Below are positions 36,071-44,773 of a DNA stretch of 64,000 nucleotides, piece by piece. The notes below the pieces were generated by a model. That model did no database searches. It saw only the letters and a program-made list of their open reading frames with translations, and was not told the DNA's origin. Position 1 is the first letter of the stretch. Each line of letters opens with the position of its first letter. The DNA comes from Treponema sp. (GTDB lineage Bacteria > Spirochaetota > Spirochaetia > Treponematales > Treponemataceae): NCBI GenBank assembly GCA_017525605.1, contig JAFXSM010000033.1, positions 10,747 to 74,746 of the forward strand, given 5' to 3'. The position numbers were made by a program, and so were the translations under genes.

Positions 36071-37741
36071 ATGAAACGAATTTTAATTTTAATTGCAGTG
36101 TTTGTGATTCTTTCGTGTAAAACTACGAATGTTGAAGAAATCATCGAAGAGAAAAAAGAAGAGATAACTGAAGAAAAAATCGAACTCGAAGTAAAGGAAG
36201 AAGAAATCGTCGAAGAGAAAGTTGAGGAAATAGCCGAAGAAAAAATCGAAGAGAAAATTATCGAGGAAGTTGCGGAAGAGGTGATTGAAGAGAAAGAAGA
36301 GATAAAAGAAGAAATCTGCGTGGTTTCGAAAGAGGCTGAGAATCGGATTCCTGAGCCGAGGGAAGATGAATCTGTTGAAAATATAATAGAAGAGATTGTG
36401 GCGGAAGATGTTCCGCAGGAAGAGAAAAAGCCTGTGCTTAAAAAAATCGACATGACGAAATGGCGGTATATTGTTTCTGACGATGTTTATTTTCAGGTCG
36501 GAATCGAATATTGCGCGGTGCCGAAAGACAAGACGTATGAGAAAATCGCGATTTTCGTTCCGGGAAAATATTTCGACGCAAGAAAAAATTCAGCCGACTT
36601 TTACACTGCAAAGGCGAAAGAAGAATTTTCGAAAGTCGCATACGTTATGAATACGGGAAAAAATCATTCCGCATTGAAAGCTTCATCAATATACGAGCAG
36701 AAATCAAAAACATTCACGAGCGCGGGATTCATTTACGTCCACGCGGGTAGCAGGGCGGATACGCTTCTGGACTTCAAGAGCGCAATCCGGTTCGTGCGGT
36801 ACAACGCGGATTTGCTTCCGGGAACTACGGACGACTTTTTCGTGTTCGGAACTGGCGGGGGCGGAATTACAGCCGCAAAAATCGCGCTTTCAGGCGATGA
36901 GAAAATTTACGACGCGGAACTTGAAGAACTTGGCGCGGCACAGACGAGCGACAGAGTGAAAGGTGTGGGTGCGTGGTTTTCAATCAAAAATGCGGATTTT
37001 TCGGAATCGATTTCCAATGAAAAAAATAAAAGCGAAGAGAATTCACTTTTGCAAACTTCAATAGATGATTTTTTTTCTGTGACGAAATTTCCGTACAAGG
37101 CCGATTTTTCTTCCGACAGGCTTCCTGAGCCGGTGCGTCCTGGCGAATTCGTTGCGTCGGGCGGACTCCTCGAAGGCAAAGTCGTCAAAAAGCCGCGACG
37201 AGGAATTCCGAATCCGAACGAGGAAAACGAATACAAAAAGAAAAAGGAAAAGCGCGACAACGAGCTGAACGGAATTTTTGAGACACCGTTCGATTACGTT
37301 GCGGCACTGAACCACGAGGCGAAAAAAAACGGCGGAACGGACTGGATTTCTTACGACGAGGCAACTTCTTCCGCAAAAATAATCGACGCGAACGGACTCG
37401 GATTTTTTCTGAATCAGAATAATTCTGAAGATTCCGTGAAAAAATCAGCCGTAAATGAAAATGCGGGCGAAAAAAACGAATCCGTCAAAAGTCTTTTTAG
37501 CATTGCGCTTTCAAAGAAAAATGCGCCAGACGCAAAAAAAGCGGATCTTTGGAGAATCCGCTTCGGGCTTTTCGAGCGGAACATAAATCTTTCCCGTCAG
37601 GTTGAATTCGTCCGCCTTCTTCGCGAAAACGGCTTCGATGTTGATTTCGGCGCAGTCTGGCAGGCAAGAAATGAAGTGGCTGAGAGTTCTGGAAACACCG
37701 ATGAAAATTTCGCACTTTGGCTCAAGGAGAAAATGAAATGA
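36071..37741 (+). CDS. tannase-B-like lipoprotein with Glu-rich repeat linker; nucleophile position reads GTGGGG
   Basis: 556 aa. Lipobox ILSC and an EEK(I/V)EE low-complexity run encoded at about 36128-36316. FKSAIRFVRYNADLLPG...FVFGTGGGG aligns, from memory, to the tannase motif ...RYVKYN...GTSAGG. Confidence 0.7.
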   Translation: MKRILILIAVFVILSCKTTNVEEIIEEKKEEITEEKIELEVKEEEIVEEKVEEIAEEKIEEKIIEEVAEEVIEEKEEIKEEICVVSKEAENRIPEPREDESVENIIEEIVAEDVPQEEKKPVLKKIDMTKWRYIVSDDVYFQVGIEYCAVPKDKTYEKIAIFVPGKYFDARKNSADFYTAKAKEEFSKVAYVMNTGKNHSALKASSIYEQKSKTFTSAGFIYVHAGSRADTLLDFKSAIRFVRYNADLLPGTTDDFFVFGTGGGGITAAKIALSGDEKIYDAELEELGAAQTSDRVKGVGAWFSIKNADFSESISNEKNKSEENSLLQTSIDDFFSVTKFPYKADFSSDRLPEPVRPGEFVASGGLLEGKVVKKPRRGIPNPNEENEYKKKKEKRDNELNGIFETPFDYVAALNHEAKKNGGTDWISYDEATSSAKIIDANGLGFFLNQNNSEDSVKKSAVNENAGEKNESVKSLFSIALSKKNAPDAKKADLWRIRFGLFERNINLSRQVEFVRLLRENGFDVDFGAVWQARNEVAESSGNTDENFALWLKEKMK

Positions 37742-39135
37742 ATTTCAAAAAGCGTCTTTTTTTACCGTCAGTCGTTTTTCTTTTTGCTCCGGTTTTTCTT
37801 GGCTTAAAAACCGCAAATGCCGCTGAGACAAGGCATTCGAACTACATGCAGAATCAGCAGGTGAAGCAGCAGATAAATCAGCAGAAAATGCCGGTTACAG
37901 TAAAAGAAGAAAAAAAAGTCGAGAAAAATGAGGAAGTTGAAGCAGAGGCATTCGTCAAGAAATCGGTTTTCAGAAAAATCGACATGACGAAATGGCAGTT
38001 CAACAAAGAGAAGAAAATTTTCTATCAGCTTGGAATACAATATTGCAGGAATCCGAAAAATCCTTACTACGAGCGTCTTTCAATCTACGTTCCCGAATGT
38101 TACTTTGACGCACGGAAAAACAAGGACGGAACGTACACCGTTCTCGGAACGAAAGAAGTGAAATTCGCTCCGATTTACGTCCTAAGCATCGACACGAAAA
38201 CTGAAAAGCAGCGTCCTGACATAAGATATTCGCCAGCGTCCGAGGAGTACACGAAATACAAGCGCGTCGTAATCCGTGCTGGCGGCGAGGACACTGCGGA
38301 TTTCAAGGCGGCTTTGCGCTATGTCCAGTGGAATTCCGATTTGCTTCCTGAAGGTGCGGGCGCGATTTACGTTTACGGGGAGAATGTCGGCGGCGGATAC
38401 GCGTGCGTGCTCGGCGTGACGGGAAATCTCTGGACGTACAGGGAAAAGTTGGACGCAATCGGGGCTGTCAGAACGTCGGACAGCGTGCCTGGCGTGTATG
38501 CGATAAATCCCGCGCTGAATTTTGGGCGGACGAGCGACAAGGCTCTTGACATCCATCAGCTCGAATATTCAATCGACAGGCTTTTTTCTATGGGCGAATT
38601 CCCGATTCAGACGAAGCTGCACGCGACATCTATGCTTGCGGAACCGAGCGACGAGCTTAGCCCTTCGATAAAAGAAATGTTCACGAGGGAATACGAGCGT
38701 TCCGTGAAAAAAGAATTCCCCGGCTACGAAATCGAGGACGCGAAGAAAAAATACTCGCAGAAACGCAACGCGGAGCTGAAAGGCAGGTTCGACACGAGAA
38801 AAGCTTACGCGGACGCGCTGAACACCCTCACGATGATGAAGTGGCTCGAATACAACCAGTGGCTGCAGACCGCAAAAATCGTTGACATGGAAGGATTCCA
38901 CAGGCTGCTCAAGCACATTCAGATGAACGGCGCGGAAAAACGCCCTGTCGCGCCTGAGTCGCTTGAAAACCCGATTCAGCTCCTGAACGACTACCCAGAA
39001 GCCCGCCGCGCAAGATACTGGGTTGTCAGAAGCGACGCTCTGAAGAGCTTGGACGAATCCGCCAAAGAACAGGATTTGGTGGACGCTCTCAAAGAAGCAA
39101 ACCTTGAAGTGTTCTTCGATTTGAAGTGGAAGTAG
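37738..39135 (+). CDS. tannase-B-like secreted paralog; nucleophile position reads GENVGG
   Basis: ATG at 37738 overlaps the upstream stop (ATGA). Signal peptide present. IDMTKWQF...YQLGIQYCRNPKNPYYERLSIYVPECYFDARKN parallels the upstream paralog. Confidence 0.7.
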   Translation: MNFKKRLFLPSVVFLFAPVFLGLKTANAAETRHSNYMQNQQVKQQINQQKMPVTVKEEKKVEKNEEVEAEAFVKKSVFRKIDMTKWQFNKEKKIFYQLGIQYCRNPKNPYYERLSIYVPECYFDARKNKDGTYTVLGTKEVKFAPIYVLSIDTKTEKQRPDIRYSPASEEYTKYKRVVIRAGGEDTADFKAALRYVQWNSDLLPEGAGAIYVYGENVGGGYACVLGVTGNLWTYREKLDAIGAVRTSDSVPGVYAINPALNFGRTSDKALDIHQLEYSIDRLFSMGEFPIQTKLHATSMLAEPSDELSPSIKEMFTREYERSVKKEFPGYEIEDAKKKYSQKRNAELKGRFDTRKAYADALNTLTMMKWLEYNQWLQTAKIVDMEGFHRLLKHIQMNGAEKRPVAPESLENPIQLLNDYPEARRARYWVVRSDALKSLDESAKEQDLVDALKEANLEVFFDLKWK

Positions 39136-39180
39136 GGAAGTGATATAAAGACTGCCAAAGAAATGGCGAAGGAGGTCTGA
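39136..39180 (+). pseudogene. possible 14-codon 3-prime remnant of a RelE/ParE-superfamily killer gene
   Basis: It reads GSDIKTAKEMAKEV-stop and ends 1 nt before the antitoxin ATG. The DIxxAKxxAKE tail resembles the C-terminus of the toxins usually paired with this antitoxin family (from memory). Confidence 0.3.
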
Positions 39181-39181
39181 A

Positions 39182-39475
39182 ATGCTGGAAACGACAAAAT
39201 TTGATGTTGCGGATTATCTCAACACCGAGGAACTTCAGTCGGGATATCTTGAGATGGTTTCAAAAGACGGAACACCTGAAGAACTTTTGAGAGCGATAAA
39301 TGATGTGGCGCGTGCAAGAGGAATGTCCAAAACTGCAAAAGATGCAGGAATAACACGGGAAGGACTTTACAAGGCTTTGTCCGACAAAGGCAATCCTGCA
39401 TTCACGACAGTCTGCAAAATACTTGACGCAATCGGCTATGCGCTTGTTCCTGTTCCGAAATCAGCGCAAATATAA
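39182..39475 (+). CDS. addiction-module antidote protein (HigA-type HTH, TIGR02684-like)
   Basis: 97 aa. FDVADYLNTEE...ARARGMSKTAKDAGITREGLYKALSDKGNPAFTTVCKILDAIGY. Confidence 0.85.
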   Translation: MLETTKFDVADYLNTEELQSGYLEMVSKDGTPEELLRAINDVARARGMSKTAKDAGITREGLYKALSDKGNPAFTTVCKILDAIGYALVPVPKSAQI

Positions 39476-39541
39476 TGGAAGAAAATGAGAATATTTTTGC
39501 AAATTGTGTCGCCGATTGCGTTTGCGTTCGGAGAAATTTAG

Positions 39542-40132
39542 ATGAACCGAAGAACTTTGAATTTCATTTTGCTTTTTGCAATTTCGCTTTTCTCCTTTGC
39601 GTTCAACCTTGGGGAAGTGCTTTTGCGCGGCTGGTATTGGCTTCATTGGATTGAGTATTTTCACTTTTCGTTTCTGGTCGCGCCGATTCTTTTTATGCTC
39701 TGGCTCAATTTTGTGTGGAACTGGAAGCTCGGAATCAAACGGAACCTGGTTTTTGCCGCGAGTTACGCGCTCTGCTTTGTGCTTCTTTTGGTGTCGTACG
39801 CGACGCTGTTCAACCGCTGGGTGATTTTTTTGCATCCGGTTTACATCCTTCTGGCTCTCGTTTTTCCGCTTTTGATTCCGTTCCTCGAAAATCTTCTGCT
39901 TTCAAAAACATTCAGACTTTCCGTGCGCCGGTGGAAATTCATCATCGTATTCTTTCTGCCGGTTGCCGTTCATTTAATCGCTCAGTTTTTGAATCTTGTT
40001 TTGATGCAGGTGATTCCATTCTTCTTTGCCAAACTCGGCGATATGATTTTCCAGTTCAAAACCGGCTCGGTAATTTTTGCGTACATGCTTTTAGAGGGGA
40101 TTTTTATTCTGCTACATAAAAGTGAAGAATAG
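39542..40132 (+). CDS. hypothetical polytopic membrane protein
   Basis: 196 aa with about six hydrophobic segments. Confidence 0.6.
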   Translation: MNRRTLNFILLFAISLFSFAFNLGEVLLRGWYWLHWIEYFHFSFLVAPILFMLWLNFVWNWKLGIKRNLVFAASYALCFVLLLVSYATLFNRWVIFLHPVYILLALVFPLLIPFLENLLLSKTFRLSVRRWKFIIVFFLPVAVHLIAQFLNLVLMQVIPFFFAKLGDMIFQFKTGSVIFAYMLLEGIFILLHKSEE

Positions 40133-40190
40133 AGCCGCGGAGGCAGAAAATGATTTTGACACACGGGAATATCAGAAAACGGGGGAATAA

Positions 40191-41072
40191 ATGAAAAGAC
40201 TGATTTTGATTTTTGCGATTGGCTTTCTTTTTGGAGTCACGCAGATTTTTGCAGAAAAATTGAATTCTGAGTGGGTAAGGAAAGATGGAAAAATCCTGAA
40301 ATCTGCGGTTGAATTTATTCAGAAAAATGATTTTTCTGATTCGGAAATACAAAATTTTCTGCGGTCGGGAAAAAGCGGTGACTGGGAGCCGGAGACGGAA
40401 TTGCGTGGATTCGGATTGAAAAAATCGGTCAGAAATTTTTACGGCGGATATATGACTCTGAATGTGACTTATATCTATTACGATGACAAACCGTGCAAAC
40501 TGATTTTTTCTGTTGGCGAAGAAGCTTTTGGTAAAATTAAAGCGAGCCTTGTCAAAAAAACGCGCAAGGATTTTCAGAATCTGTTTGAATTGAAAACAAA
40601 TAACGCCGGCGATTTTTCATACAGCGAGTATCGCTTTGAGCGCGATTTCAGTGAGAATTACGAAAAATTTGCACAACATAAAAAATCGATTGTAGGCGAG
40701 ATAAAAAATATTTCGATTCCGGGCGAATATCAGAAATATTACGATTTTCTTTTTTCTGCGGAATCTTCTGGCGAATACGGATATATCGGCGGCGAGGCAG
40801 CGCAGAAAACAACGGGAACAATTGCACTTGAAAAACTGCTTGAGCTCAAGGACAAAAATGTGTTCCTGAATCTTTTGAAAGGCGACAGTCCGAGCGGCAG
40901 AATGTATGCGGCGGAAGGCCTTTTGACGCTGGAAAATTCTCAGGCGAGCGTGGACGCGATAAACAAAGTCTTTTTGCCGCTGATTGCCGAGGGCGTTACT
41001 TATTCCACGATTGACGGCTGTTTTGTTGAGACTGGCGTGGAATATAGGCTTTTTGAATACAAGTCGAAATGA
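40191..41072 (+). CDS. secreted hypothetical protein
   Basis: 293 aa. Signal peptide. Its stop overlaps the next start. Confidence 0.6.
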   Translation: MKRLILIFAIGFLFGVTQIFAEKLNSEWVRKDGKILKSAVEFIQKNDFSDSEIQNFLRSGKSGDWEPETELRGFGLKKSVRNFYGGYMTLNVTYIYYDDKPCKLIFSVGEEAFGKIKASLVKKTRKDFQNLFELKTNNAGDFSYSEYRFERDFSENYEKFAQHKKSIVGEIKNISIPGEYQKYYDFLFSAESSGEYGYIGGEAAQKTTGTIALEKLLELKDKNVFLNLLKGDSPSGRMYAAEGLLTLENSQASVDAINKVFLPLIAEGVTYSTIDGCFVETGVEYRLFEYKSK

Positions 41073-41992
41073 AAATGAGCGAAAACTTTTGTGAAATCGT
41101 CGGGTTCGTTCTCGAATCGGAAAAATACTTTTTAATCTGGTGTTCGCCGGATGAGGGCGACGATTATTTTGAAAACTATTCTTCGCGCGTCGTCGCATTC
41201 CGCGACAAAAAATCCGCCGACGATTATCTCCTCTCAAAAAACAGGAAGGCGGACAAATGCACGACGGTTTTCGATTTTGACGCCCTTGATTTTTCCGACT
41301 GCTCGGATTTCCTTGACAAATGGAACATCATCGATGATTTGGCAAAGTCGGTTTCGCGCGATTTTATCGGGAACGGCGATGATTTTACACCTCTTTACTC
41401 AAAGTTCGTCCGAGGCTCGAACCTTCCCGCGCTGAACACTTCCGGCAAAATCTACACGCCGGCTTTTGTTGCGGAGGAACTTGAGCAGATTGAATCGGTC
41501 AAGCGCGATATGCTTAACGTTCTCAAATCCGTGCTTTCAAATGCGGTTTTTGCCTTTCACTACGATTTTGCGCTGATAAAAGATTTTCTTTCGGAGTACG
41601 GCGTAAAAGTCGAAGTCGAAGAAAACGTGCTTTCGGCATTTTTGGCGGACGATATCTGTATGCGATTCTACAATGCCGAAGATCCAATCGATGTGCGCTG
41701 TGCTTTTTGTTCGGACTGGGACTGGCACTGCCACGGCGACTTTTACTTTTTTGACGAAAACGGCATCGGCATTCAGCTCGGCTACCTCGATTTTCTTGAA
41801 GAGCTTGTTGACGGAAACATTCTGATTTGCTTTGAATATCGGAACGGAAAACTGTGCGAAATCCGCCCGGCTCACATAAAATATTTTGACAAAAGCGATT
41901 TCGAATATCTTGAAAACGGCGAGGAAATCCGAATCCGCAGGCTGAAATTCGAGAAACACAAAACCGAAAAAACGGAGACAGAGCGAAGATGA
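41069..41992 (+). CDS. hypothetical cytoplasmic protein
   Basis: 307 aa. ATGA overlaps at both ends. Confidence 0.6.
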   Translation: MKMSENFCEIVGFVLESEKYFLIWCSPDEGDDYFENYSSRVVAFRDKKSADDYLLSKNRKADKCTTVFDFDALDFSDCSDFLDKWNIIDDLAKSVSRDFIGNGDDFTPLYSKFVRGSNLPALNTSGKIYTPAFVAEELEQIESVKRDMLNVLKSVLSNAVFAFHYDFALIKDFLSEYGVKVEVEENVLSAFLADDICMRFYNAEDPIDVRCAFCSDWDWHCHGDFYFFDENGIGIQLGYLDFLEELVDGNILICFEYRNGKLCEIRPAHIKYFDKSDFEYLENGEEIRIRRLKFEKHKTEKTETERR

Positions 41993-42273
41993 AAATCGAC
42001 TTTCAAAATCAAATCGTTAGAACCGCAGTTTTTTATTACGCGGGCGTGCGGGAATATAAGGCGTTCATTTGCCGGAGGGATTTTTTTCCGGGGTCAGGCG
42101 ACGCAGAAGACGAAATGGAAGTTTCAAACGACAGGCAAGGTGAATGCTTTGAACTTTGCTTTGAGAATTTTTTGTCGGTCGGTGAAGTTTGCGCGTCAGG
42201 CGGATTTTTTGAAACGCTTGCCGACGCAATAAGTCATACGGAAAAATCCTGGGGATTTGTAAAATGGATTTGA
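41989..42273 (+). CDS. hypothetical small protein
   Basis: 94 aa, translationally coupled to the upstream gene. Confidence 0.5.
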   Translation: MKIDFQNQIVRTAVFYYAGVREYKAFICRRDFFPGSGDAEDEMEVSNDRQGECFELCFENFLSVGEVCASGGFFETLADAISHTEKSWGFVKWI

Positions 42274-42376
42274 AATGTTTTTTCAGATTTGCGTTTTTAC
42301 TTGCGCGGTTGATATCGTGAATTTAAATCAAGATTCCGGCATTCAGTTTCTCTTTTCGGTTTTCTTTTTTCTTTCG

Positions 42377-42385
42377 TGATAGAAT
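42377..42385 (+). promoter_or_regulatory. candidate extended -10 promoter element of pgi
   Basis: TGATAGAAT lies 33 nt before the ATG, and AGGAGA follows it. Confidence 0.4.
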
Positions 42386-42417
42386 AGAAGCACCAAACTT
42401 TTTTAGGAGAAACATAA

Positions 42418-44004
42418 ATGTCAATTTCTTGGGTAAATCTCGACAAACTTGAATCTTTCAAGAAACTCCAGTCGCTCAAAGGCGCAGTTTCGGTCGCAAA
42501 GGAGCTTTCGGGTGCAAATGCTGCTGCTCGTGTCGCTTCGTGCTCTGTGCCGATGGCTGCGGGGCTTGTCTACAATTATGCGGCAAAGCAGGTCGATGAG
42601 AAAGTTCTGTCGGTTCTGAAGGAACTTGCTGACGAGGCTCAGCTTACTGCAAAATACGAGGAACTTTACAACGGCGCGGTAATCAACACTGGAGAGAAGA
42701 GACTCGTTCTCCATCAGCTCACGCGCGGTCAGCTCGGAAAAGATGTCGTTGCGGACAACGTGAACAAGCGCGAATTCTACAAAAACGAGCAGAAGAGAAT
42801 CGCGGAATTTGCGGAAAAAGTGCATGACGGACGAATCGCAAATGCAAGCGGCGAAAAATTCACTACGGTCGTTCAGATTGGAATCGGCGGAAGCGATTTG
42901 GGACCTCGCGCAATGTACCTTGCTCTTGAGAACTGGGCAAAGGCAAACGGAACATTCAAGCTTGAGGCGAAATTCATCTCGAACGTTGACCCTGATGACG
43001 CTGCGGCTGTCCTCAAGTCAATCGACCTTGCGCATTCGCTTTTCATTCTCGTCTCAAAATCAGGAACGACGCTTGAGACCCTCACAAACGAATCTTTCGT
43101 GAAAGACGCGCTCAAAAAAGCCGGTCTCAATCCTGCAAAGCACATGATTGCCGTAACGAGCGAGACTTCTCCGCTTGCGCACAATCCTGACTATCTTGCG
43201 GCGTTCTACATGGACGATTACATCGGCGGACGATATTCTTCAACTTCAGGTGTCGGCGGCGCAGTTCTTTCTCTCGCATTCGGCCCGAAAGTTTTCGCTG
43301 AATTCCTTGACGGTGCGGCAGAGCAGGACAAGACCGCAACAAATGCTGACATTCTCAAGAATCCGAGCCTTCTCGACGCGCTCATCGGAATCTACGAGAG
43401 AAACGTTCAGGGATATCCTTCAACTGCCGTTCTTCCGTATTCGCAGGCACTTTCAAGATTCCCTGCGCACTTGCAGCAGCTCGACATGGAATCGAACGGA
43501 AAGAGCGTGAACAGATTCGGCGAGCCAATCAGCTACGTCACAGGCCCTGTGATTTTCGGAGAGCCGGGAACGAACGGCCAGCACAGCTTCTATCAGCTGC
43601 TCCATCAGGGAACAGACATTGTTCCGCTCCAGTTCATCGCATTCAAGGAGAATCAGGCCGGAACTGATGTTGTAATCGAGGATTCTACGAGCCAGAAAAA
43701 GCTCTGCGCAAACGTCGTCGCTCAGATTATGGCGTTCGCTTGTGGAAAGGAAGACGCTGACCCGAACAAGTCGTTCGCTGGCGAAAGACCGTCGAGCCTC
43801 ATCTATGCTGACAAGCTCACTCCGAAAGTGCTCGGTGCGCTTCTTGCACATTTCGAGAACAAGGTTATGTTCCAGGGATTCGTCTGGAACATCAACTCGT
43901 TCGACCAGGAAGGCGTTCAGCTCGGAAAGAAGCTTGCGAAGAAGGTTCTCGCGCATGATACGGACGGCGCGCTCAAGGCGTATGCAGATTTGATGAAAAT
44001 CTAA
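42418..44004 (+). CDS. pgi: glucose-6-phosphate isomerase
   Basis: 528 aa. IGIGGSDLGP, LDMESNGK and GQHSFYQLLHQG. Confidence 0.96.
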   Translation: MSISWVNLDKLESFKKLQSLKGAVSVAKELSGANAAARVASCSVPMAAGLVYNYAAKQVDEKVLSVLKELADEAQLTAKYEELYNGAVINTGEKRLVLHQLTRGQLGKDVVADNVNKREFYKNEQKRIAEFAEKVHDGRIANASGEKFTTVVQIGIGGSDLGPRAMYLALENWAKANGTFKLEAKFISNVDPDDAAAVLKSIDLAHSLFILVSKSGTTLETLTNESFVKDALKKAGLNPAKHMIAVTSETSPLAHNPDYLAAFYMDDYIGGRYSSTSGVGGAVLSLAFGPKVFAEFLDGAAEQDKTATNADILKNPSLLDALIGIYERNVQGYPSTAVLPYSQALSRFPAHLQQLDMESNGKSVNRFGEPISYVTGPVIFGEPGTNGQHSFYQLLHQGTDIVPLQFIAFKENQAGTDVVIEDSTSQKKLCANVVAQIMAFACGKEDADPNKSFAGERPSSLIYADKLTPKVLGALLAHFENKVMFQGFVWNINSFDQEGVQLGKKLAKKVLAHDTDGALKAYADLMKI

Positions 44005-44040
44005 ATCGTTAGGTCGAATGTCGAGTTAATATTGATTGTA

Positions 44041-44151
44041 AAAGTTGGAAACAAGCTCCCGGCGAGAACCCTATTTGAAAAACGGCAGTACCGCTACGCG
44101 GTGGCTGAAGTTTTTCAAATAGGAACCTCGCCTACGCTTGTTTCCAGTTTT
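44041..44151 (+). repeat. Copy 2 of the ~115-nt rod-like hairpin element
   Basis: Same architecture and apex as 2953-3067. It lies between convergent pgi and the 44188 gene. Confidence 0.9.
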
Positions 44152-44187
44152 GCTTCGTAAAACTCGATATTTGACTTTTTTGTTTTT

Positions 44188-44619
44188 TTATCCTTGTATG
44201 AGGCGTTCAAGGATTTTAGATTCGATTTCCTGTAGTTTTTCTAGGGAGAACGGGATGTTTTTTGTCTGCATGAATGTCTGTGCGAGTTCCCGGGCTTTTT
44301 GGACTTGTTCCATTGTCGGTTGTTTTGGCGGCTGTTTCTGTTCCTGTTTTGCGGCGATGTTTCCCATGTTGCCGACGCTTGTTTTCGTGAACTGGCTTCT
44401 TAGTTGGCTTTGAGTCAATTCCGGTTGCGCTCTCTGTGTCATCTGTGCTTGCTGCGCTCGTTGCATCTGCTGCTGATGGATGTACATGCTCTGCGTCTGA
44501 ACGTTCTGCTGTGTCGGGCTGTTTGCTTTTATGATGTTGCTGCTCGGCTGTGCTCCGTTCATCATTTCCATTAGCATCTGCATAAGTGCCGAATTCGGGT
44601 CGGACATTTTGTTTGGCAT
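44188..44619 (-). CDS. Gln/Met-rich hypothetical protein
   Basis: ORF 44188..44715. I prefer the ATG at 44619 (MPNKMSDP...), which follows GGAGA. Low-complexity Q-rich centre. Confidence 0.5.
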   Translation of the reverse strand: MPNKMSDPNSALMQMLMEMMNGAQPSSNIIKANSPTQQNVQTQSMYIHQQQMQRAQQAQMTQRAQPELTQSQLRSQFTKTSVGNMGNIAAKQEQKQPPKQPTMEQVQKARELAQTFMQTKNIPFSLEKLQEIESKILERLIQG

Positions 44620-44736
44620 CTTTCTCTTTCTCCAAGTTTTGTTTTTGTTCGTTGATATTTTCGGTATTTTCGCACATTGCTGAAAGTAATTCAAATTTTC
44701 ATTGGTGGTCCGCATTTGTCACTGTCTTTTCGTCTA

Positions 44737-44764
44737 TTGAGTGCATACCCTGTCGTAGTATAAT
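44737..44764 (+). promoter_or_regulatory. candidate sigma-70 promoter of csoR with an overlapping CsoR-box-like half-site
   Basis: TTGAGT-N16-TATAAT. The -10 ends 9 nt before the ATG. ATACCC...TAGTAT spans it. Confidence 0.5.
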
Positions 44765-44773
44765 ATTTGCTGT

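Noticed and set aside
36128-36316. Periodic GAAGA/GAAAA repeats that might be mistaken for a tandem or CRISPR-like array.
   Set aside because: They lie inside an open reading frame and encode a Glu/Lys/Ile/Val low-complexity linker. There are no fixed repeat-spacer units.
36067-36453. A Ser-rich 128-aa minus-strand ORF, and the Ser-rich 205-aa ORF at 49402..50019.
   Set aside because: They are antisense images of Glu-rich coding repeats (GAA/GAG read as TTC/CTC) inside better-supported genes.
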